Assembly (NCBI GenBank): GCA_029288725.1
Contig: JARIGS010000024.1
Location: 1-47,809, forward strand
DNA: 47,809 nucleotides
Origin: Candidatus Nomurabacteria bacterium
Lineage (GTDB): Bacteria > Patescibacteriota > Minisyncoccia > Phycocordibacterales > UBA9973
Direction: 5' to 3'
Position numbers and translations under genes: made by a program. The stretch's first letter is position 1. Each line of letters opens with the position of its first letter. Below are positions 30,632 through 38,334 of this stretch, piece by piece. The notes beneath the pieces are model-generated. The model made no database searches. It saw nothing but the letters and a program-made list of their open reading frames with translations, and was not told the origin of the DNA.

Positions 30632-30644
30632 TGTTTGGTGTTAT

Positions 30645-30869
30645 CTAGTACTCACTACCATCACTGTACTCGCTTTGTGCAGTGCGGAATTCATCCATAA
30701 ATTCTTCTTCTTCGGTAGGTTCTCGGTTTTCATCTTCCTCTTCTTCAATAATAAGAGGATCATCGATAACTTCAGCCTCTTCGACAACAACGTCGCCGTT
30801 ATCGTCTACCTCACTAAATCCTTCCAGTTCGCCCCCTTCCTCTACTAACACTTCTTCGTTTTCATCCAT
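30645..30869 (-). CDS. Extremely acidic 74-aa protein
   Basis: 33/74 residues D/E, no Lys, 2 Arg; AT-rich upstream region, downstream hairpin. Confidence 0.7.
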   Translation of the reverse strand: MDENEEVLVEEGGELEGFSEVDDNGDVVVEEAEVIDDPLIIEEEEDENREPTEEEEFMDEFRTAQSEYSDGSEY

Positions 30870-30957
30870 ATCTATGAATTCAAATAATTTAATTAATTTT
30901 TATAGCATTATTTGTATCAGATACCGTTTTACTTGGCAATACCTTTTTAGAAGTTTT

Positions 30958-31458
30958 TTAGAAAAATGAGTTCAGGCGAAGGGTACCGGCCGCAGCCATA
31001 CCGAGAGCAATGGCATCAATTTCGTCATCGAGCTTCTTGGCAATGTCTATTTTAAGGGTTAGTGCCACCATTTTCTGAACTGCAACCTTGTCAGCATTGC
31101 CTGTACCAGTCATAGCCTGCTTCACTTCCTGAGGTGACAGCTCTATCAACGGCAGGCCATGCAATCCTGCCAAAAGTACGATAATCCCGCGAGCCTCCGC
31201 TACGGCAATAACGGTCTTTTTATTAACGGAAAAAAACAATGTCTCAAGCGCAATGGCATCAGGTTTCCATTCTGTCATGACCGCTTCCAGGGTGCGATAG
31301 ATTTGGGCCAGGCGTTCAGCGTGTGTTTCCTTCTTGTTCGTCTGAATGCATTGTGAGTGTGTTACGACAGTAGTTGCGCCAACCGTAATGATGGCAACAC
31401 CACAACGATCAAAGCCAGGATCAATTGCCAGAATAGTTTGTTCGTTATTATTTTTCAC
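30958..31458 (-). CDS. ruvC: Holliday junction resolvase
   Basis: ILAIDPG, IALETLFF, AEARG, GNADK and DDEIDAIA motifs. Confidence 0.95.
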   Translation of the reverse strand: MKNNNEQTILAIDPGFDRCGVAIITVGATTVVTHSQCIQTNKKETHAERLAQIYRTLEAVMTEWKPDAIALETLFFSVNKKTVIAVAEARGIIVLLAGLHGLPLIELSPQEVKQAMTGTGNADKVAVQKMVALTLKIDIAKKLDDEIDAIALGMAAAGTLRLNSFF

Positions 31459-32419
31459 GAATGTATGATTTACCCTGATCAGTTAGCTGGCGGCCACGAG
31501 GGGTGCGCTCTAGCAATCCAAGCTGGATGAGATACGGCTCTGTTACGTCCTCAATGGTGCCTTCGTCCTCCCCGGTAGCAGCTGCCAAATTTTTCACCCC
31601 GACTGGGCCACCGCTAAATTTGTCGCGAATAGTTTTCAATAGCGTGATGTCGTGTGCGCTAAGTCCATTCTCATCAAGGCCAAGCAGGACAAATGCCTGC
31701 TGTACGCTTTCTTCATCAATTGCCTGATCGTGCATCTGGGCATAGTCACGCACGCGACGGAGGAGATAGTTGGCAATGCGGGGAGTCTTGCGACTGCGCG
31801 CAGCAATAGCTGTGTGGGCATGATCAGGCAGGTCAATGTCGAGCAATTGGGCTGATCGTCCAAGGATGCGGGCGATTTCCTCATCAGTATAAAATTCCAA
31901 ACGATAGGTACCTCCGGAGAAGCGGGAACGCAATGGAGCAGAGAGCATGCCAAAACGAGTAGTGGCACCGACGAGCGTAAATGGCGGCAAATCAAGCTGC
32001 ACGGTTCGAGCTGAGGGACCCTTACCAATCATGATATCCATCTTGCCCGTTTCCATAACAGGGTAGAGCACCTCCTCGATTGTTTTGTTGAGGCGATGAA
32101 TCTCATCGATGAACAGCATATCGCCTGGTTGGAGATTGGTGAGGATTGCTGCAAGATCGCCCACGCGTTCGATTGATGGACCAGAAGTAATTTTGACCTG
32201 GGCGTTCATTTCCTTGGCAATGACATGGGCAAGTGTGGTCTTTCCCAAGCCCGGTGGACCGTAAAACAGCACATGTTCCGGTGCCTGGCCGCGACTTTTA
32301 GCCGCGCCAATGAGGATCGACAGGGCGCGTTTGATCTGTTCCTGTCCAACATAGTCCGTAAAGGTCGTCGGGCGGAGCAGGGAATCGCTAAATTGTTCTT
32401 CGGGCAGGGTACTTGACAT
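31448..32419 (-). CDS. ruvB: Holliday junction helicase
   Basis: LRPTTFTDYVGQ, GPPGLGKTT, FIDEIHRL, GATTR and RTPRGR motifs. Confidence 0.98.
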   Translation of the reverse strand: MSSTLPEEQFSDSLLRPTTFTDYVGQEQIKRALSILIGAAKSRGQAPEHVLFYGPPGLGKTTLAHVIAKEMNAQVKITSGPSIERVGDLAAILTNLQPGDMLFIDEIHRLNKTIEEVLYPVMETGKMDIMIGKGPSARTVQLDLPPFTLVGATTRFGMLSAPLRSRFSGGTYRLEFYTDEEIARILGRSAQLLDIDLPDHAHTAIAARSRKTPRIANYLLRRVRDYAQMHDQAIDEESVQQAFVLLGLDENGLSAHDITLLKTIRDKFSGGPVGVKNLAAATGEDEGTIEDVTEPYLIQLGLLERTPRGRQLTDQGKSYIREK

Positions 32420-32441
32420 TTTGTTTATAGTATGCTATCCT
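32413..32441 (+). promoter_or_regulatory. Consensus sigma70 promoter firing away from ruvB into a region without a credible ORF
   Basis: TTGACA 32413-18, 17-nt spacer, extended -10 TG-C-TATCCT 32433-41. Confidence 0.72.
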
Positions 32442-32447
32442 ATTACT

Positions 32448-32641
32448 AGTTCAATAACAACTACATTCTACTACACATCGCAGTAAGTGTGGAAAGAAGG
32501 TACTAATCTCTAAGCAGTCAGCCACAGGTTCTAAGTATTTGCGCAGGACGTTTTGGTTTCGACTGGGGCTATCCTATAATTATGCTTTACTTATACGTCA
32601 CAGCACGTATAAGGACTGTTTGGAGATTAGTGCTTTTTTTA
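32448..32641 (+). ncRNA. Structured ncRNA candidate (6S RNA-like architecture)
   Basis: 27-bp closing stem 32493-519/32614-640 with 22 WC and 5 G-U pairs valid only on + strand; perfect 9-bp hairpin 32590-613; U-tract at 3' end; upstream promoter. Confidence 0.6.
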
Positions 32642-32642
32642 T

Positions 32643-33224
32643 TTATAAAATGGGGTCTGACCCCTTTTTATTTTTCCTTAATTTTTCCTCCAGATTTTTA
32701 TCATTTACAAGATAAAGGTAGTTTATTGGCAATTCAATTGGTATTGGTGAGAGCATGTTCTTTTGGTGAGTATCTCCATATGAACGTATCCAAACACTAG
32801 ACCATCGCCAGTCCTGAGCTTTTTCAACTAACCCTGCCCGTACCGCATTTCCGTCAACGTACATCAATACCTGCAACAAGTGCCGCTCATCCTTAAGAGG
32901 GAATGATTTATATCTCCCCTGAAACAAATGACCTGTTCCTATTGTGTTATGTTTTCTATGCCACCGCTGGATAAAGGTGGTCGAAAGCCAATGCATGAAT
33001 TTTGACAATTCATGATCTTTCCGAGAATACACTACAAGATGGAAATGGTTTGTCATGGTAGTTTCGCTTAGAATATCTATGGCAAATTTTCGCGCAGCTT
33101 CTATAAGTACACATTCAAAAAGCGCATAATCAGCATCTTCCTGAAATATTTTGAATCGTGCATTTGCACGATTAAGCACATGGTAAAATTTTCCTCCTAG
33201 AGCTTCTCTCGGTTTTCGGGGCAT
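32643..33224 (-). mobile_element. REP-associated tyrosine transposase (RAYT, IS200-like Y1 HUH)
   Basis: MPRKPR...YHVLNRA, NHFH (HUH), GHLFQGRYKS, YVDGNAVRAGLV...DWRWSS; flanked by GGGGTCTGACCCC palindromes. Confidence 0.9.
32652..32675. repeat. REP-like palindrome, left copy (inside RAYT 3' end)
   Basis: GGGGTCTGACCCCTTTTTATTTTT, identical to 33265-33288. Confidence 0.85.
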
Positions 33225-33246
33225 TGCTTTATCATTGCACATGTCG

Positions 33247-33295
33247 ATAAAGTAAAAATAAAAAGGGGTCTGACCCCTTTTTATTTTTACTTTAT
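33247..33295. repeat. REP-like perfect 49-nt palindrome, right copy (may also terminate pilB)
   Basis: ATAAAGTAAAAATAAAAAGGGGTC-T-GACCCCTTTTTATTTTTACTTTAT. Confidence 0.88.
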
Positions 33296-34995
33296 TTCTG
33301 CTCGCTCAAATCGACGACAGATTGTACTTCGGCAAAGTCAGTGATGCCCTGAAGAATTTTGACGATACCGTCCTCGCGCATGTCGAGCGTGCCCTGCTTG
33401 TCGGCAATGGCCTTGATGTCGCGCTCAGTCGGATTGGAAAGAATGATGTGCTCGATATTGGCATCCATCTGTACGACTTCAAAAATGCCGAGACGTCCCT
33501 TGTAGCCGGTCTTGCCGCACTTGTCACAGCCATCGGCTGTCCAGACGGTGGTGGCATCAGGCTTCACGCCAAACTGTTCCATGTTCTTGCCATTGGCAAC
33601 GGCGGTATTCCAAATTTCGGTTACCGTCTTTTTTTCGTCTTCAGTAATCGGTCGTTCATGCTTGCAGTTCGTACAGAGCTTTCGGACCAGACGCTGAGCG
33701 ATAGAAAGTGATAGTGCTGATACGAGAATCTTTGGGTTAACTTCGAGGTCGATGAGGCGAGGAATAACACCAGAGGCATTGTTAGTGTGGAGTGTTGAAA
33801 ACACGATGTGGCCGGTCAACGCTGACTCAACAGCAATCTTTGCTGTCTCTGAGTCACGGATTTCACCGACCATGATGATGTCCGGGTCCTGACGCAATGC
33901 TGAACGAAGGCCCTCAAGAAAGGTATAGCCTTTTTTGTGGTCAACTTGAGTTTGAGTGATGCCGGCAAGGTGATATTCGATCGGGTCTTCAATGGTAATA
34001 ATTTTTAATTCAGGAGAAAAAATCTGCTGCAAGAATGCATAAAGGGTTGTGGTCTTACCGGAACCGGTCGGACCGGTCAGCAATACCATGCCATTGGGCT
34101 TGTTGATACCACGAAGAAAAATATCGAGCAGGGGAGCGGAAATGCCCAGCTCATTGAGCTGCACGCGAATGGACTTGGGATTCAAGATACGAAGCACGAT
34201 GGACTCGCCGTATGCACCGGGAATCATTGAGGTACGAAAACTGATCTCGTCAGTTCCCAGGAAAGCGCTGAAGCGTCCGTCTTGTGGTACAGCACTGATG
34301 GTGAGTTTCAGACCAGAGAGCAGCTTGATACGAGTATTGATCTGCTTGTATGTATTCATGCTAAAGGTGGTGATGATGTGCAGTACGCCGTCCAAACGAA
34401 AGCGCAGCTCAACATGATCTTCCATCGGCTCAACGTGGACGTCAGAAGCACCGATACCAATGCCGGCCCCGAGGATGATTTCCAAAATGCGTGACAGATG
34501 ATGGGCTTCGCCGCTTTCATTGATAGCGTCATTGATCGCTTTCACGGCATCATCTATCGTCTTAACGGTCTTACTAAGCTCAAGCAGGACATCAGGGGAA
34601 ATATCCAATCCTCCCGCTCGAGAGCGAGTTGCATAGGACAGGTCGGTATAGTGACTCCACACCTTCTCAATACTTTTTTCACTGGCCATGACCATCACCA
34701 CTTCGTAGCCGCTGCCTTCAAGAAATTTTTTCGCCTCAATTGCACCGTTTGCATTGGGGGAGCGCACTGCCAAATACAGTTTCTTGTCGATTAATTTGTA
34801 CGGACCGACATCGAATGTACGTGCCTGCTCTTCGGTCAAAAGGCGAATAGCGTCATTGTCGATAGGCTGAGAAAGCAGATTGACGTATGTCAGGCCATAT
34901 TTCTGTTCCGCCAGCATCGATACCACATCTTCCTCTTCCGCCTCACGCAAATTGTTGATTCTTTTGATCTGATCAGATTCGTCAAATTGGACCAT
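33292..34995 (-). CDS. pilB: Type IV pilus assembly ATPase PilB/GspE family
   Basis: ASDVHVEP, PQDGRF, GPTGSGKTTTLY, TIEDPIEY, LRQDPDIIMVGEIRD and tetra-Cys motifs. Confidence 0.92.
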   Translation of the reverse strand: MVQFDESDQIKRINNLREAEEEDVVSMLAEQKYGLTYVNLLSQPIDNDAIRLLTEEQARTFDVGPYKLIDKKLYLAVRSPNANGAIEAKKFLEGSGYEVVMVMASEKSIEKVWSHYTDLSYATRSRAGGLDISPDVLLELSKTVKTIDDAVKAINDAINESGEAHHLSRILEIILGAGIGIGASDVHVEPMEDHVELRFRLDGVLHIITTFSMNTYKQINTRIKLLSGLKLTISAVPQDGRFSAFLGTDEISFRTSMIPGAYGESIVLRILNPKSIRVQLNELGISAPLLDIFLRGINKPNGMVLLTGPTGSGKTTTLYAFLQQIFSPELKIITIEDPIEYHLAGITQTQVDHKKGYTFLEGLRSALRQDPDIIMVGEIRDSETAKIAVESALTGHIVFSTLHTNNASGVIPRLIDLEVNPKILVSALSLSIAQRLVRKLCTNCKHERPITEDEKKTVTEIWNTAVANGKNMEQFGVKPDATTVWTADGCDKCGKTGYKGRLGIFEVVQMDANIEHIILSNPTERDIKAIADKQGTLDMREDGIVKILQGITDFAEVQSVVDLSEQK

Positions 34996-35036
34996 AGTGT
35001 AATAAGTATAGCGTACTTTAGGGTATAAAAATAAAA

Positions 35037-35064
35037 AACACGCCTATTTTAAAATAGGCGTGTT
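35037..35064. terminator. Perfect 28-bp palindrome; terminator for the 36177-35074 gene
   Basis: AACACGCCTATTTT/AAAATAGGCGTGTT with U-run on - strand. Confidence 0.75.
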
Positions 35065-35073
35065 GAATAAATT

Positions 35074-36177
35074 TTAGTTGTGCGTTCTTGGCTTAACGGG
35101 TTTTCTGCCGTTGTCTCTCGTGGTGTCTTGCCTTAACGATGAGGCGCGACTAGTAGTGGTTGGAAAGGGTGCTATCACAGTAGCCTTATCGGTAGATTTT
35201 GTTTGGGTTGAAGCGGGGTCAGAGCCTATTGAAATGTTTAATTTTTCAGACAATACTCTTTTCACTTCATTTACATTAAACACGATACCATATGCTGAAA
35301 GTTTTCTTACATCCCAGCGATTAAGGTTATTATTTACGCTCTTGTCGCCATTAATTTGCAGCCCCTTGTCTTTACTCATTGCTTCCAATGTTTCCTTGTT
35401 AAAGTAAACAAAAGGATCTATTGATATACCCTGAACCAGAATGACATTTTCAGGATCGCCATCCCTTATTTTCATTGGAATGGCTTTGCTAAATTTTTTA
35501 TAGATAGCAACATCATCTGTTATATAAATACATTGACCATTAAAATCGTAGAATATATACCAGATTTTCCCATTGTTGTCCTTAATGAAGTTTTCGATAG
35601 GGTGCATAGTTAATACTCCTTCACCCCCATCAACATCTTTCCGGATATCAGATAATCGTGGTAAAGGAGGTTCTTTCAACAAAAGCTTGTTCAATAGCAA
35701 TTTCATTGCTTCCGCAGACTTGCTATGCAACTTGATGTTAGAACCATACGCAATACGATAGGCATTGATCTTTTCAAAATCAATGCCTGATTTAAGAGCA
35801 ATTTCCTTTGTTGCCTCGTTCGTAAAATTTACGAACGGGCGAGCAGACATCGATTGAAGCTCCACCCCATGGCCAATTGAATCAGCGGTAATATATTCGG
35901 GCAAGGAATTCCTTGCCGCAATATATGCTTCTTCATTATCGGTAAAATCAAGAGTTTTGTTGGAGTAATCGTAGAAAAAGGGATAATTTTTTCCATCACC
36001 TTTTGCAATATTATCAATAGGACGTAACACTAAAAAAGTGCGTACCCCCTTAACACCCTTCCTGGTCGTATCCGAATCATCTCGAACGATCCTGGTTGAA
36101 GTTTTTGGTGGATGAACGCGACATCCGACTTGTAGTAAACCAGTCACTACAAATAACAAGATCAGTATCTTTTTCAT
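35074..36177 (-). CDS. Putative lipoprotein with tandem ~140-aa duplicated domain
   Basis: MKKILILLFVVTGLLQVG-C lipobox-like signal; promoter TTGACA(36231-26)-17-TATGGT(36208-03). Confidence 0.72.
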   Translation of the reverse strand: MKKILILLFVVTGLLQVGCRVHPPKTSTRIVRDDSDTTRKGVKGVRTFLVLRPIDNIAKGDGKNYPFFYDYSNKTLDFTDNEEAYIAARNSLPEYITADSIGHGVELQSMSARPFVNFTNEATKEIALKSGIDFEKINAYRIAYGSNIKLHSKSAEAMKLLLNKLLLKEPPLPRLSDIRKDVDGGEGVLTMHPIENFIKDNNGKIWYIFYDFNGQCIYITDDVAIYKKFSKAIPMKIRDGDPENVILVQGISIDPFVYFNKETLEAMSKDKGLQINGDKSVNNNLNRWDVRKLSAYGIVFNVNEVKRVLSEKLNISIGSDPASTQTKSTDKATVIAPFPTTTSRASSLRQDTTRDNGRKPVKPRTHN

Positions 36178-36256
36178 TTTCAATGAGTTTTTAGTTTTTT
36201 TCACCATATCACTTTTAAATGATTTTGTCAATGTCGTTGTGGGTTCTAGATCTAAA

Positions 36257-36284
36257 ATAGCCGCTTCAATAATGAAGCGGCTAT
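36257..36284. terminator. Hairpin terminator
   Basis: ATAGCCGCTTCA-ATAA-TGAAGCGGCTAT, followed by U-run on - strand. Confidence 0.75.
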
Positions 36285-36310
36285 GGTTACTACGTACACT
36301 GAAAGAGTGG

Positions 36311-36790
36311 TCAAAATTTTACATTGCCTGGAACGTTTATGATTTCATACTGCTTGTAAGCAGGCCCGCCATCGGCAGAAGAGGCAAGTAACACATACCC
36401 GCTACTTTGAATCATTGCATTGGCGTTTGTACGGAGCGTGGCAGTATTGCCATACACGTTTGAGCCAAATGCGAGGGAGTCGCGCTTGGTAATAGGGTTG
36501 TAATAGATGTTTCCATCAGCGCCTATTTCGTCTCCACTGGCACGGTTAACGTACACCGGATAGTAGTTGAAAGAGTTGTTGGACGCTATTGGTGACTTGA
36601 GGAGCATGTATGATCTTCCTCCAACTGGCATAGGTCCGGAATAGGGATCCGATGACTGCGGTAAAAATTGGTGTGTTACCACCGGTGCAGAAGTAGAGGA
36701 CTGGTCTGACCCATCTGTCTTTTCCTTTTTACAGGAAGTAAAGATGATACTACAGACAATAAAGCCGAGTAGGATGTTTTTGATACGCAT
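36311..36790 (-). CDS. Putative lipoprotein with Bacteroidota-style signal
   Basis: MRIKNILLGFIVCSIIFTS-CKKEKTD; promoter TTGACT(36860-55)...TATATT(36836-31). Confidence 0.75.
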   Translation of the reverse strand: MRIKNILLGFIVCSIIFTSCKKEKTDGSDQSSTSAPVVTHQFLPQSSDPYSGPMPVGGRSYMLLKSPIASNNSFNYYPVYVNRASGDEIGADGNIYYNPITKRDSLAFGSNVYGNTATLRTNANAMIQSSGYVLLASSADGGPAYKQYEIINVPGNVKF

Positions 36791-36972
36791 AATATTCAAT
36801 TGTTATAGAAGTGAAACAAATATTTTTTTGAATATAAACACATGTTTAAACAAAAGTCAATTTTTTTGAATGTGAACCGTCGAGTGTTTATGCATAGGGA
36901 CTGCCATTGACAAGTAAGTCAAGTTATGCTAAGGTTTTAAAAAACAAGTTATTTAAGAAAACACAGAAAACT

Positions 36973-38148
36973 ATGAAAAGAAGCTTATTAACGGGTGCGA
37001 TGGTGTTCATAGGAAGCATCTGCACCAATGTGACCATTGCCCAAGTCCACGAGTATGAAGGTCACGGTATGTCTACCATTAAAGCGCAAAGAGAAACAAA
37101 TCCAGAGATTATAAAATCTAATTGTAAAAAAGTAATTTTTGGAACCACCTCTGAAGCATTTACGGTAATTAGGAGTGACCTTAAACATGTTACCCAGCAG
37201 CAGATACTTGACGCCATAGTTCAAAATATTGCTGACCAAATGGATGAAGATTTTCTCCCTAACCATCCCGATGAGTACAGTATCGAATGGGTAACCTACA
37301 AAACCAATTCAGAAGAATGGAAGAAATTTTGCGCGGAAAATGAAGATAGCTATGTTAAGGATCAGGTAGGAGAATTAAAGTTCGATTACGGTGACCCGGC
37401 ATCTTCATGGGTAAGTAGGCACAAGACCTGTCGTATCGTTGCTGTTATTACCCATGTTACAACGGGTAAAACAGCAAGGATATTCGCTGATTGCCTGAAT
37501 GGTTTTCGCCCTCTTGATGAAACGATTACCAAGAGAGATGTTGACCGCGGACCAGGTGTTGTAACACCGAACTATCGTGGTGACAACAGTAATTGCTTTA
37601 TCGAAAGCTTTACTGCAAGCCGTCTCAAGATAAGACGGGGTAGGTCAGTCACGTTAAATTGGGAGGCTACTTGTAGCCCGTTAACGCTAAAGGAATCTAA
37701 TTCGTTAGAGGCAGATGCGGTCCGTCAGTTGATTAGGAAAAATTTACCCGCTGTCAGCGGTAACGGCCTGTCTGTTACTCCGATGGATAGGATAAATTAT
37801 TACATGCTTACCACACCGGAAGGTACGGGCAAATATGTAAAGATCAAAGCCAAAACTTTTGTTGGAGAAAATTGGGCATGGATAGGTCCCTTGGGGGCCG
37901 GTGTTATTGCTACAGGAACAGTCCTGTTAGTAGATGCTTTAAAGAAAGGTCCAGTTGTTGTAGATAACACGTACCCAAACAATTTCCAAGGTGGTTCTGG
38001 GCCATCAGGAACGTCTGGAGGCACAGGTAGTCAAAAAACCACCTCGGTACCGCCACCTATGGTTGGTACCCAGAGCGTGCCGAGTATCCCGGTTGTTTCA
38101 ACGATGCGCCCGCCAGTAGTTACAGTACGGTACATTATCCATTTTTAA
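36973..38148 (+). CDS. Exported protein with Ig-like module and C-terminal TM/Pro-rich tail
   Basis: MKRSLLTGAMVFIGSICTNVTIA-Q signal; promoter TTGACA(36907-12)-17-TAAGGT(36930-35). Confidence 0.72.
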   Translation: MKRSLLTGAMVFIGSICTNVTIAQVHEYEGHGMSTIKAQRETNPEIIKSNCKKVIFGTTSEAFTVIRSDLKHVTQQQILDAIVQNIADQMDEDFLPNHPDEYSIEWVTYKTNSEEWKKFCAENEDSYVKDQVGELKFDYGDPASSWVSRHKTCRIVAVITHVTTGKTARIFADCLNGFRPLDETITKRDVDRGPGVVTPNYRGDNSNCFIESFTASRLKIRRGRSVTLNWEATCSPLTLKESNSLEADAVRQLIRKNLPAVSGNGLSVTPMDRINYYMLTTPEGTGKYVKIKAKTFVGENWAWIGPLGAGVIATGTVLLVDALKKGPVVVDNTYPNNFQGGSGPSGTSGGTGSQKTTSVPPPMVGTQSVPSIPVVSTMRPPVVTVRYIIHF

Positions 38149-38186
38149 TGGAAAGCAAAGTAGTACTTGCGATAGTACAAAAAAAT

Positions 38187-38217
38187 GGGAATAATGGTCT
38201 TAAAGATCATTATTCCC
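38187..38217. terminator. Hairpin terminator
   Basis: GGGAATAATGGTCT-TAA-AGATCATTATTCCC followed by TTTATT. Confidence 0.7.
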
Positions 38218-38334
38218 TTTATTCTTTAGTATCTTACTAAGTCGGTAGGAGACTAAAGAGTGAATTGACTTTTTTACTATATTATGTTATGGTAACAAAG
38301 TTAAAGTAAGTATTATAAAGTGAAAGAGATGAGT

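Noticed and set aside
32546..32563. GGACGTTTTGGTTTCGAC resembles a tmRNA 5' end
   Set aside because: No GGGG start, no matching T-arm/acceptor CCA end or tag ORF nearby, and the available space is too short
32493..32640. Retron msr-msd interpretation of the long IR-bounded structure
   Set aside because: No reverse transcriptase in the window; kept only as an alternative fold
32582..32800. 72-aa + strand ORF
   Set aside because: Starts inside the RNA structure, crosses its U-tract and runs antisense to the RAYT; no recognisable features
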